Assembly: GCF_046119375.1 (NCBI RefSeq)
Contig: NW_027362770.1
Span: 141,856,001 to 141,920,000, forward strand
Length of the DNA stretch: 64,000 nucleotides
Origin: Phyllobates terribilis
Taxonomy: Eukaryota
Direction of reading: 5' to 3'
Made by a program: the position numbers and the translations under genes. Of the stretch, positions 1-12,625 are shown piece after piece. Under the pieces are notes generated by a model that saw only the letters and a list, made by a program, of their open reading frames with translations, searched no databases and was not told where the DNA came from. Each line of letters begins with the position of its first letter. Within the stretch, counting starts at the first letter, position 1.

Positions 1-493
1 AAATTTACCTGTTTCTTGAAAATGTTTATGGTTTTTGTTGTTGCCTGTTACTAATCATGTTTCTCAGTTACCCTGCAGATTTCTATGGACTAACAGGTTA
101 TGGACGCTGGATAACCGGAACAGTTTTGTAGATAGTTGCACATTGTGCCTCTTGCGAAGACGGCCGCGGAAGAGAAAACCTGTCTGGCGTGGCCTCCTTG
201 CGGCCCAAAGTAGTTAGCTTCAGCCTTGCAGCCATGCCCAGGGCCAACGCAAGGGGTTTGCTTTGGACAGGTCCCCTACTTCGCTTAAAGCTTCACCTTG
301 GGTGACATGGACACCCTCTTGTTTCACAAACTTCACCTTGGGTGATATGGACACCCGGTTGCGGACACGCCGTGACCTTTAAAGAACTAAAGCTTCTTGT
401 AAATATGTTATTGTATTATCGTTTATACCCTTGTATTTATGTTTCTTTAAAAATGTGTTTAGTCCCGGAGTACTAAAATTTACTAGGAGGGAA
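1..493 (+). mobile_element. 3' internal end of an LTR retroelement (5' part outside the window), ending in a polypurine tract
   Basis: AGGAGGGAA (485-493) directly precedes the TGT start of the LTR at 494, the same arrangement as AGGGGGGAA|TGT at 36795-36804 and 45456-45465. Confidence 0.65.
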
Positions 494-1519
494 TGTGGCA
501 CCCCAGGGGTCTGGTTGCCACAGTAATAGAAATATTATGTCTGAAAGCAAGTGGGAGGTTTCTCTGGTCAGGAGCCCTAAGCATGCAACACTGCCCGCCC
601 AGACCTGGGAGGGGAGGAATCTGCCCTTATAAACTGGGTCTGGGGCGGGATTAGGGAGTGAAGTCCCAGGCAGAGACAGAGTCAGAGTCTGGGAGTCAGA
701 GCTTGGAGAGGGAAAGATACAGCAAGAGCTCTGTAGGAGCAGGGGTGAGTGCAGCTAGATAGCTCGCCTTGGCTGAAGACACTAAACCCGGACACGGAGT
801 CCGAGGCTGTGGGGACATCCAGGTCCAGCAGCAGAATCCAACCGGCAGGGGATTCCATGTCCTCTGGCCTTAGAAGCCCGGAGGCACGGTCACAAGCAAG
901 GGACCAGCACCGCCATCGTGAAGCGGAGGCTAACGGAAGGCCCCAAGTCACCGGCCATACGGGTGAGCACCACACGGTAGACTCAGGGACGTGGGCTACT
1001 TCTACCTGCATAGAGCAAGGTAGCCAGGAAAGAGTGCAGATAGTCGGGGAGGCCTACAACTCCACCTGGCCAGGGGAGATCCTACTTGCTTACAGACTGA
1101 CCAGGCCCCTACTGCTAACCAGTACTCCCGGGAGGGTCTGCTTTATACCATCAGTAAAGACCTTGAACAGCACCACACGTCTCTGTATTTCATCGCCGCA
1201 CCGGCACCATTAGTACTGGGACGCTCACACCATCACTCTCATCATCCACACTAGCTGCCCTGAGGCAATACTTCTCCCGTGGGGAGTTATCCCATACTCG
1301 GCTGCGCAAACAACATCAGCCTCAGCGGTCTGCAGCACAGCGGCGGTCCCCACTGACCGCAATCCACGGGTAGCGTAGTCGGACATTTGTTATTACACTA
1401 AGACTGCCACTGGTTTGACCGCCCTGGGCACGGACCGGGTCACAGCCACGGAGGGCTACAACCCCCAGCGATCCGGCTCCGGGTATCCCCTGCACAGCAC
1501 AGGCCCAGGGGGCGCGTCA
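494..1519 (+). mobile_element. 3' LTR of the CSD-element lineage (diverged subfamily)
   Basis: Starts TGTGGCA and ends GGCCCAGGGGGCGCGTCA like the LTRs at 33152 and 42273. The U5 block GGCACGGACCGGGTCACAGCCAC...CTACAACCCCCA...GATCCGGCTCCGG is shared with them. The end could be 1521; the 5' TSD is not in the window. Confidence 0.85.
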
Positions 1520-1732
1520 CAAGCACGCCGCCAGGGATGTTACAGGAGGTCTCCACTCTCCCCTTTCCCTAGAGTCTGGGCTCCCTTCCACTTACTCCTT
1601 TGTGTTGCACTTTGTCTTTCCCACATCTTGCGTGACACCTTTCTTGCGTCTTAAGGGTTTAGTCTTCAAGTACACTTTCTCACTTATTTTCTCTCACTTT
1701 TGTCTGGTATGCAATTTCAATAAAACCAAAAA

Positions 1733-2395
1733 AATGAGCCGGACTATAAGTTGGTATAAATGCAGTGTGTAGGAGCACGTTCACAGTATGGTCATTTAAC
1801 AGACAAAACCTAAAAATAACCAAAAGGAACAAATACCCTGCAGTAAGGAAATAAATAGTAATAGTACATGTAAATAACAGGGTACTTACTTAACACTATT
1901 TTGTTCAAAAAAGCCATTTCACTGCGACAAGGTGAACCCAATCGGGATAGTCCTATCTTTAGTATTAAAACCTCTCCTTATATCAGCTGACCTCAATGTA
2001 GATGGGGGCAGAGCAGGACACTGGCCCGACTTTTCAGACACCTGCCCATCGGAAGCTATATAGATGAAATGCCTAGCTCAAAAAGGGGGCCATACCCCTG
2101 TTTGTACAAAGTACAAGAAACTACAACAAAACCAGGGAAATGAGCCGGAGCATAAGTTGGTATACGTGCAATGTGTAGGAACCCATTCACACTGCGGCCA
2201 TTTAACAGACAAAACCTAAGATAAAAACAAAATAAGCATATACACTGCAGTAAGCAAATAAATAAATAGTAATAGTGCATGTAAATAACATAGGGTACTT
2301 AGCTAACACTATTTTGATCAAAAAAGCGTAAAGGCCATTCCACTGCGACAAGGTGAACCCAATCGGGACTGCCCTATCTGTAGTATGAAAACCTC
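1733..2395. repeat. Unclassified direct duplication (two ~250-bp copies about 400 bp apart)
   Basis: AAATGAGCCGGA..TAAGTTGGTATA...CATTTAACAGACAAAACCTAA...CACTGCGACAAGGTGAACCCAATCGGGA occurs at ~1733-1975 and ~2138-2395. Confidence 0.6.
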
Positions 2396-2819
2396 AGCTT
2401 GGTTGACACAAATAGAGGTTTAAATAGTAGAGATAGGACTGTCACGTTTGGGGTATAGCCAGTATGCAATTTCACAAAACATAATGTTATAGATCCTCTT
2501 CACAATCACACACTCTCTGACAGGCCCTGACTCTTAAGGGCCCCCACTGTGCCACCCACTTACTCGGTGCTTTACATAGTCCAGTTAAGCTCAAGTCTGT
2601 ACTCTCTGGTCACACCAATGGCAGCCAGACTACACTATAGTTTTTAATGGGCCCCAAAGATCCACCTAAGTACTGGATCGGACTACACCTTGTTTTACAC
2701 TGTTTCCTCCCCTTTTTTCAACAGTCAACAATTTTCCAGTTCTGATAAATCAGTCAACACTGCTCCATCTCTACTGCTACCGTCAATGCTGTTCCTGCTC
2801 TGATACATTAGTCAATGCT

Positions 2820-5800
2820 GTTCCAGCTCTGCTATATCAGGTGCTGTTGTTCCAGATCTGCTATATCAGGTGCTGCTGTTCCAGATCTGTTATATCAAGT
2901 GCTGTTGTTGCAGATCGGTTATATCAGGTGCTGTTGTTCCAGATCTGCTATATCAAGTGCTGTTGCTGCAGATCTGTTATATCAGGTGCTGTTGTTCCAG
3001 ATCTGCTATATCAGGTGCTGTTGTTGCAGATCTGCTATATCAGGTGCTGTTTTTCCAGATCTGCTATATCAGGTGCTGTTGTTTCAGATCTGCTATATCA
3101 GGTGCTGTTGTTTCAGATCTGTTATATCAAGTGCTGTTGTTGCAGATCTGCTATATCAGGTGCTGCTGTTCGAGATCTGTTATATCAGGTGCTGTTGTTC
3201 CAGATCTGCAATATTAAGTGCTGTTTTTCCAGATATGCTCTATCAGGTGCTGTTGTTCCAGATGTGCTATATCAAGTGCTGTTGTTGCAGATCTGCTATA
3301 TCAGGCGCTGCTGTTCCAGATCTGTTATAGCATATCTGGAACAACAGCACTTGATATAACAGATCTGGAACAGCAGCGCCTGATATAGCAGATCTGCAAC
3401 AACAGCACTTGATATAGCACATCTGGAACAACAGCACCTGATAGAGCATATCTGGAAAAACAGCACTTAATATTGCAGATCTGGAACAACAGCACCTGAT
3501 ATAACAGATCTCGAACAGCAGCACCTGATATAGCAGATCTGCAACAACAGCACTTGATATAACAGATCTGAAACAACAGCACCTGATATAGCAGATCTGA
3601 AACAACAGCACCTGATATAGCAGATCTGGAAAAACAGCACCTGATATAGCAGATCTGCAACAACAGCACCTGATATAGCAGATCTGGAACAACAGCACCT
3701 GATATAACAGATCTGCAGCAACAGCACTTGATATAGCAGATCTGGAACAACAGCACCTGATATAACCGATCTGCAACAACAGCACTTGATATAACAGATC
3801 TGGAACAGCAGCACCTGATATAGCATATCTGGAACAACAGCACTTGATATATCAAGTGCTGTTGTTGCAGATCTGCTATATCAGGTGCTGTTGTTGCAGA
3901 TCTGCTATATCAAGTGCTGTTGTTGCAGATCTGCTATATCAGATGCTGTTGTTGCAGATCTGTTATATCAGGTTCTGTTGTTCCAGATCTGCTATATCAG
4001 GTGCTGTTGTTGCAGATCTGCTATATCAGGTGCTGTTGTTCCAGATCTGCTATATCAGGTGCTGTTATTTCAGATCTGCTATATCAGGTGCTGTTGTTTC
4101 AGATCTGTTATATCAAGTGCTGTTGTTGCAGATCTGCTATATCAGGTGCTGTTGTTCCAGATCTGCAATATTAAGTGCTGTTTTTCCAGATATGCTCTAT
4201 CAGGTGCTGTTGTTCCAGATGTGCTATATCAAGTGCTGTTGTTACAGATCTGCTATATCAGGTGCTGCTGTTCCAGATCTGTTATATCAAGTGCTGTTGT
4301 TCCAGATATGCTATATCAAGTGCTGTTGTTGCAGATCTGCTATATCAGGTGCTCTTGCTCCAGATCTGCTATATCAGGTGCCGTTGTTCCAGATCTGCAA
4401 TATCAGGTGCTGTTGTTCCAGATCTGCTATATCAGGTGCTGTTGTTCCAGATCTGCTATATCAAGTGCTGTTGTTGCAAATCTGCTATATCAGGTGCTGT
4501 TGTTCCAGATCTGCTATATCAGGTGCTGTTGTTCTAGATCTGTTATATCAGGTGCTGTTGTTCCAGATCTGCTATATCAAGTGCTGTTGTTGCAAATCTG
4601 CTATATCAGGTGCTGTTGTTCCAGATCTGCTATATCAGGTGCTGTTGTTCTAGATCTGTTATATCAGGTGCTGTTGTTCCAGATCTGCTATATCAGGTGC
4701 TGTTGTTCCAGATCTGCTATATCAAGTGCTGTTGTTGCAAATCTGCTATATCAGGTGCTGTTGTTCCAGATCTGCTATATCAGGTGCTGTTGTTCTAGAT
4801 CTGTTATATCAGGTGCTGTTGTTCCAGATCTGCTATATCAAGTGCTGTTGTTGCAAATCTGCTATATCAGGTGCTGTTGTTCCAGATCTGCTATATCAGG
4901 TGCTGTTGTTCTAGATCTGTTATATCAGGTGCTGTTGTTCCAGATCTGCTATATCAGGTGCTGTTGTTTCAGATCTGCTATATCAGGTGCTGTTGTTTCA
5001 GATCTGTTATATCAAGTGCTGTTGTTGCAGATCTGCTATATCAGGTGCTGTTGTTTCAGATCTGTTATATCAAGTGCTGTTGTTGCAGATATGCTCTATC
5101 AGGTGCTGTTGTTCCAGATGTGCTATATCAAGTGCTGTTGTTACAGATCTGCTATATCAGGTGCTGCTGTTCCAGATCTGTTATATCAAGTGCTGTTGTT
5201 CCAGATATGCTATATCAAGTGCTGTTGTTGCAGATCTGCTATATCAGGTGCTCTTGCTCCAGATCTGCTATATCAGGTGCCGTTGTTCCAGATCTGCAAT
5301 ATCAGGTGCTGTTGTTCCAGATCTGCTATATCAAGTGCTATTGTTGCAGATCTGCTATATCAGGTGATGTTGTTCCAGATCTGTTATATCAGGTGTTGTT
5401 GTTGCAGATCTGCTATATCAGATGCTGTTGTTCCAGATCTGCTATATTGGCTGCTGTTGTTCCAGATCTGTTATGTCATGTGCTGTTGTTCCAGATCTGC
5501 TATATCAGGTGCTGTTGTTCCAGATCTGTTATATCAGGTGCTGTTGTTGCAGATCTGCTATATTAGGTGTTGTTGTTCTAGATCTGCTATATCAGGTGCT
5601 GTTGTTGCAGATCTGCTATATTGGGTGCTGTTGTTCAAGATCTGCTATATCAGGTGCTGTTGTTCCAGATCTGTATCAGGTGCTGTTGTTGCAGATCTGC
5701 TATATCAGGTGCTGTTGTTGCAGATCTGCTATATTGGGTGCTGTTGTTGCAGATCTGCTATATCGGGTGCTGTTGTTCCAGATCTGTTATATCAGGTGCT

Positions 5801-6750
5801 GTTGTTCCAGATCTGCTATATCAGGTGTCGTTGTTCCAGATCTGCTATATCAAGTGCTGTTGTTGCAGATCTGCTATATTGGGTGCTGTTGTTCAAGATC
5901 TGCTATATCAGGTGCTGTTGTTCCAGATCTGCTATATCAGGTGCTGTTGTTCCAGATCTGCTATATCAGGTGGTGCTGTTCCAGATATTCAATACCAGGT
6001 GCTGTATTCCATATCTGCTATATCAGGTGCTGTTGTTCCAGATCTGCTATATCAGGTGGTGCTGTTCCAGATATTCAATACCAGGTGCTGTATTCCATAT
6101 CTGCTATATCAAGTGCTGTTGTTCCAGATCTGATATATCAAGTGCTGTTGTTCCCGATCTGTTATATCAGGTGCTGTTGTTGCAGATCTGCTATATCAGG
6201 TGCTGTTTTTCCAGATCTGCTATATCAGGTGCTGTTGTTCCAGATCTGCTATATCAGGTGCTGTTGTTGCAGATCTGCTATATCAGGTGCTGTTTTTCCA
6301 GATCTGCTATATCAGGTGCTGTTGTTCCAGATCTGCTATATCAAGTGCTGTTGTTCCAGTTCTGCTATATCAGGTGCTGTTGTTTCAGATCTGCTATATC
6401 AGGTGCTGTTGTTCCAGATCTGCTATATCAGGTGCTGTTGTTCCAGATCTGCTATATCAGGTGGTGCTGTTCCAGATATTCAATACCAGGTGCTGTATTC
6501 CATATCTGCTATATCAAGTGCTGTTGTTCCAGATCTGATATATCAAGTGCTGTTGTTCCCGATCTGTTATATCAGGTGCTGTTGTTGCAGATCTGCTATA
6601 TCAGGTGCTGTTTTTCCAGATCTGCTATATCAGGTGCTGTTGTTCCAGATCTGCTATATCAAGTGCTGTTGTTCCAGATCTGCTATATCAAGTGCTGTTG
6701 TTCCAGTTCTGCTATATCAGGTGCTGTTGTTCCAGATCTGCTATATCCGG
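2820..6750. repeat. 29-bp satellite/minisatellite array (consensus CCAGATCTGCTATATCAGGTGCTGTTGTT) with an inverted block at ~3330-3848
   Basis: The 29-nt period is directly visible over ~3.9 kb. The long Cys/Leu ORFs here are translations of the repeat. Confidence 0.95.
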
Positions 6751-7762
6751 TGTCATTGTTTCATGTCTGATTGAAGGCAATGTGTTATTCACATAACACA
6801 TGGACATGATAGGTCCTCCAGAGAAAGAGACTCTCTTTGTAGCCACTCTCTGCTCTATCTACTAGATAAACCCCTTCTATCAACTTGAAATTTCCAATCT
6901 GACTCCATATAAGGGGGCCGTGCAGCCGGAAACCTGAAATAATCCAGCACATTCCCGATATTTAGAAATGGAAGATGCTGCTCAGTTTCAAATAATTAGG
7001 ACGGGAGACGTGAAACTACTAGGAATTTACGTGTGCCTGTCTCCCATAAAATGGAATTATAGCATATAATGCTGATTGCTGGTGCAGCTGCATACTAAAA
7101 AAGGACCACATTTTCATTGCTTCCAATGAGAAACAGCTGAGCACCTCAGCACAGAGTAGGGCAAAATAAGGCCTCATTAGCACCAGCTCCTAGTGGAAAT
7201 GACCCAGGCGTATGGAGTCAAGCCCAGAAGATGAGGCGGAGGGCCCAGGGAGCAAGCCAGCTTTTAAACGTTCATTAGCTCAGCACTTTTGGCATCCCTC
7301 CTGAATTCCAGGCAGGTTAACGTGAGACGACTCCACTTGCTGCTGCTGAATTGGATAAATATGTGAATAAAATTTCAACGTTGAGCTAATCGAAGGAGGG
7401 TCTGAAGGAGAAATCTGGAAGAAATGTGGAGAAGGGAATATATACGGAGACTTAGGGGTGTTTTTAGGAACTTTGAAGTAGTTCCAGGGGTCAATGTGAA
7501 ATGTTGGGAAGAATTTTCACACCCATAGTAAAAGGAACGTATTGTATCTGTAAGATGTCCTATTAAAGGGGCTTCCCAATCCCATTTCAAAATTGTGCAG
7601 AGAATAGAAACCATTGTAAAACAAAGAAGTGTTACCTCTTAAAGGGCACCTTTCACCTGATTTTTTTAATTTAAACTGAGTACCTTCTCTAATTGTTGCT
7701 CCTCCACTGATTCTGGAACAGTTTATGCTATTATTCTGTGCCCCTCTGTTCCAAAGTTATGC

Positions 7763-10471
7763 TGTGGCGCCCCTGAGGGTCCGACCGCCACAGGAATGCT
7801 GCACTTCTTTAATGGAGTGTAGTGTTCCTCCTCTGAGGTAAGGCCAGTGTGATAGTCGTGACCTACCTTTTGCATCCAACACCACACTTCTCCACCAGAG
7901 GGAGCTAGTATGTGTGATGCCTCTACTCAGAAAGCCCGTGTTTTACCCTGGGTGTTGGGGGACTCGGTGTCGGGCCCTGCGTTGAAGAGATGGGATGCAG
8001 CCGTGGCCCGGGCCTGACCCGTGCTCAGGGCCGTCACATTAGAAAGAGATGGTGTGGGCTATTCCGGGTTGAGTGGCTGATTAACGACTACGCCACCTGT
8101 GGTGTCTGGTGAAGGGCCACCAGCGCCGCTACAGTCCGCCGAGGCCCAATGTCATGGCGGCTAAAGTTCTTACTGCTCCCCACAGGCGGAGCAAGGCATC
8201 AGGGCAGGCAAGACAGGATGAAGGGGGGTAGCAGAAGCGCGGGAGAGAGTACGGGCACCGCGTGCGTGGTATGGTGCGTAATGAACAGTCCGGAGGCCTT
8301 AGGGGTGAACTTCCAAAGCTTTACTCACTCAGAGATGTTAGCGGGAAGGTGACTCCCTGCTCCTCGCGGAGTCCTGCGGCCACCAGGGACGGGGAAGTCC
8401 AGTGTTTGGTAGCGACCCTGCACCAGAGTGTTCCTGCACTACAGACTTCACCCTTTCCCGTCTGTGCGTGTGTAGGTAGGCCGGGTCTCCCTCTGAGCTC
8501 CTCTCAGGTGTAGGGGTCGGGTGGCAATTCCTCTCCATCCGACGCCCGGTGGGATCCTCAGGGCCTATCCGGGCTTTCCCGTCCTGGACGTAGAGTACGA
8601 GGTCGGGTGTCGGGGGCCGGTACTCCTCTTGCAGCCGGAATCCCTCTGAATAGATCAGGTAGGCGAGGACAGGTGGCATGCTCCGCTCCGTCTGCATCCT
8701 GCCCGGGACCCATTTGCTAGGGAGCCACACTCTAAAGCTCCCAGGCCTTCTTGATCCTGGTCCTCGGCCGGTTTGAGACATTCCTTGTCTGCAACCTACC
8801 TCTCGTCCCAAAATCAGGGTACGAGGGTTGTGTCCCATGGCGGTGCAGGCCCACACAGGATCTGCGCTCCCGGAGGGAAGTCACATTACACACAGTATTT
8901 TGACAGCACAGTGACAGCCGACAGACTAGCAAAGGTTAGACCAAAGGACCAGCGAAGAACCGACTAACTAGGACCAGAAAGACCAAGATCAAAGATGGCA
9001 TTCTATTAAATATGAAATTAGAAGTGTAACCAACTAGCTGTTCCTCCACCCACACCCACTAACTGGTTCCTACCACTTTGTGTTCCCCAGTCTCCCTGTA
9101 ACCAGGGGAGCAGCACCTAGCGCATACTAGCTCCCTCTGGTGGAAATGTGGTGTTGGATGCAAAAGGTTAGGTCACAACCGTCGCACTGGGCTTACCTCA
9201 GAGGAGGAACACCACACTCCATTGAAGAAGTGCAGCATTCCTGTGGCGGTCGAACCCTCAGGGGTGCCACATTTGCACTAGGTGCTGCTCCCCTGGTTAC
9301 AGGGAGACTGGGGAACACAAAGTGGTGGGAACCAGTTAGTGGGTGAGGGTGGAGGACTTACAAGTTAGTTACACTTTAAATTTCATATTTAATAGAAAGC
9401 CATCTTTGATCTTGGTCTTTGGTTAGTCAAGTTCTTGTGCGGTCTTGGTTGCTGTCAACTACTGTGTGTAATGTGACCTCCCTCCGGGAGCGCAGATCCT
9501 GTGTGGGCCTGCACCGGCAAGGGACACAGCCCTCGTACCCTGGCCTTGGGACGAGAGGTAGGTTACAGACAAGGAATGTCTCAACCCGGCCAATGACCAG
9601 GATCAAGAAGGCCCGGGAGCTTTAGAGTTTGGCTCCCCAGTAAATGGGTCCCGGGGAGGATGCAGACGGAGCGGAGTACGCCACCTGTCCTCGCCTACCT
9701 GATCTATTCAGAGGGATTCCGGCTGCAAGAGGGGTACCGGCCCCCGACACCCGACCTTGAACTTCATGCCCTGGACGGGAAAGCCCGGTTAGACCCTGAG
9801 GATCCCACCGGGCATCGGATGGAGAGGAATTGCCACCCGTGCCCTAGTCCTGAGAGGAGCTCAGAGGGAGACCCGGCCTATCTACACACGCACAGACGGG
9901 AAAGGGTGAAGTCTGTAGTGAAGGAACACTCTGGTGTAGGGTCGCTACCGAACACTGGACTTTCTCGGAGGTAGTCGGACCCCCGTCTCTGGTGAACGCA
10001 GGACTCCGCGGGGAGCAGGGAGTCGCCTTCCTTTGCCATCTGAGTGAGTAAAACCTTGGAAGTTCACCCCTATGGCCTCCGGACTGTTCTTTATGCGCCA
10101 TACCATGCGACGCGGTGCCCGTACTCCCCGCACTACTACTCCCCCCCTCCTTTCTGTTTGTCTGCCCTGAGGCCTTGCTCCGCCTGTGGGGAGCAGCGAG
10201 AACTTTGGCCGCCACGACACCAGGCCTCGGCGGACTGTAGCGGCGCTGGTGACCCTTCACCAGGCACCACAGGTGGCGTAGTCGTTAAATAAGCCACTCA
10301 AACCCGGACGAGCACACAACATCTTCCTTTCCATGTGACGGCCCTGAGCACGGGTTGGGTCCGGGCCACGGCTACATCCCATCTCTTCATCACAGGACCC
10401 GACACCAAGTCCCCCATCACCCAGGGTAAACTCAAAACTAAAAAGGCTCTTTCGAGAATTGAGGCGTCACA
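7763..10471 (+). mobile_element. Solo LTR (outer; pieces 7763-7912 and 9272-10471), related family with TGT..ACA ends
   Basis: TGTGGCG...GAGGCGTCACA with a 4-bp TSD ATGC (7759-7762 and 10472-10475). It carries the terminal hairpin and the U5 motif TGGCGTAGTCG (10274-10284). Confidence 0.85.
7913..9271 (-). mobile_element. Solo LTR of the same family inserted in opposite orientation inside the outer LTR
   Basis: The reverse complement reads TGTGGCA...GAGGCATCACA. Flanks are TATG/TTTG (4-bp TSD with one mismatch). The sequence mirrors 7763-7912 and 9272-10471. Confidence 0.85.
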
Positions 10472-11103
10472 ATGCCCCCTGGTAATAAAGATGCAAATTG
10501 TACCTTTAACCAACTGCATGTGTACCATGGACCTTCATTGTGGTCGTTTGTTTTTTCTCCTCTGATGCTGACCAATCAAAACACAGCCACACCCACAAAG
10601 AAGGTCTGTGGCATACGTTCAGTTGGTTGAGTGAGAATTTTCACCTTTATTACCAGGGGGCATAACTTTGAAACATAGGAAAACCGTTCTAGAATCAATG
10701 GAGCAGCAGAATTTGGAGGAGGTCCTCAGTTTAAATTAAAAAAAATCCAGTAAAAGGTCATCTTTAAGACCCTGGTTGCTCCAATGCTCAGGTTCTGGTG
10801 GTTTCCCTTGGAACCATCCCATCTATACAGTCACCTGACTACAATGCTAACTAACTGGCTATAGGGTCAGTTGACTAATGGACAAATTTCCCCTCACAAG
10901 GAAAATATTAACACCCCTGATCCTGCAGCCAATCAGTGGCCTCTGAAGCCATGGAAGGAAAATCATAATTTCTTGCCCCGATGGATACTTTTGTGGCAGC
11001 AGTTTGGGATTGGAGGGGAAAAACTTCTTATGATCACTTTAAAAAAAAAAGGATGGAAAACCTTTTTAAAGATGATGATGTGGGGACAACGGTGCCCTTA
11101 GAT

Positions 11104-12205
11104 CAGGGATGTCAAACTCAAACACACAAAGGGCCAAAATGAAAAACTTGGGACAAAGTCACGGGCCAACTAGTATACAGTATAATGGGCCCCACACAGT
11201 CCTCCATACAGAATAATGGGCCCCACATAGTCCTCTATACAGAATAATGGGCCCCACATAGTCCTCCATACAGAATAATGGGCCCCACATAGTCCTCCAT
11301 ACAGAATAATGGGCCCCACATAGTCCTCCATACAGTATAATGGTCCCACATAGCTTTCCATACAGTATAATGGCCCCACATAGTCCTCCATACGGTATAA
11401 TGGCCCCACATAGTCCTCCATACAGTATAATGGGCGCACAAAGTCCTCCATACAGTATAATGGGCCCCACATAGTCCTCCATACAGTATAATGGTCCCAC
11501 ATAGTCCTCCATACAGAATAAAGGCCCCACATAGTCGTCCATGCAGAATAATGGCCCCACATAGTCCTCCATACAGTATAATGGTCCCACATAGTCCTCC
11601 ATACAGTATAATGGTCCCACATAGTCCTCCATACAGTTTAATGGACCCACATAGTCCTACATGCAGAATAATGACCCCACATAGTCCTCCATACAGAATA
11701 ATGGCCCCACATAGTCCTCCATGCAGAATAATGGCCCCGCATAGTCCTCCATACAGTATAATGGGCCCCACATTGTCCTGCATACAGTATAATGGTTCCA
11801 CATAGTCCTTCATACTGAATAATGGCCCCACATAGTCATCCATGCAGAATAATGGCCCCCACATAGTCCTCCATACAGAATAATGGCCCCACATTGTCCT
11901 CCATGCAGAATAATGGCCCCGCATAGTCCTCCATACAGTATAATGGGCCCCACATAGTCCTGCATACAGTATAATGGGCACCACATAGTCCTCCATACAT
12001 TATAATGGCCCCACATAGTCCTCCATACAGTATAATGGGCCCCACATAGTGCTCCATACAGAATAATGGGCCCCACATAGTCCTCCATACAGAATAATGG
12101 GCCCCACATAGTCCTCCATACAGAATAATGGCCCCACATAGGGGTGGCTGTTCTGGTGCCAAATATAATCACATTTGGCCCTTGGGCCAGAGTTTGACAT
12201 GTATG
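11104..12205. mobile_element. Non-autonomous hAT (Charlie-like TIR) element filled with a minisatellite
   Basis: CAGGGATGTCAAACTC / GAGTTTGACATGTATG termini. The direct repeat CTTAGAT on both sides is TSD-like. Confidence 0.7.
11180..12140. repeat. 30-31-bp minisatellite (AGTATAATGG[G]CCCCACATAGTCCTCCATAC)
   Basis: About 30 directly visible tandem copies. Confidence 0.95.
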
Positions 12206-12625
12206 CTTAGATGGATAATTAAAAAAAAAGTGTATGACATGAAAATATGTGGCTGCTCAGTGACATACCTGATTCTCATTTCCCTCTATATCTTCCACTG
12301 ATAAGAGACAAGTCAGGAGACAACAATACACATTAGATACTAGTCACCTTCTCTTGCCGAAATTGCAGGTTTCAGACAAATTTTGTCTAACGTGTATCTG
12401 CAGCTTAAAGCTAATATCATAAAATTACCTATTGTTTAAATCAAGTTTTTGCATTAAATATATCAATGTTTTTTTTCTATTTTTTTACATGTCACAATCT
12501 ATGTTAAAATTAAAAGATTAAAATATTGCAATTCTCACACTGGCCACTGTGCAGATTTTAGATTTTAGCTTCCTGTTGTTTCAGGAAACAACACCTGTAC
12601 ATAGCCTCAATAAACAACATATGTA

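Larger units (their letters stand above)
7643..10763. mobile_element. T2/Kolobok-type MITE (TTAA-flanked) split by nested LTR insertions
   Basis: TTAA|AGGGCACCTTTCAC...AAAGGTCATCT|TTAA termini with long internal inverted arms. An uninterrupted relative at 55673-56079 shows the empty site CCAAAGTTATGCCCCC. Confidence 0.65.

Noticed and set aside
2815-6796. Long Cys/Leu-rich ORFs up to 961 aa
   Set aside because: They are translations of a 29-bp stop-poor satellite that cycles through frames, with no domain content.
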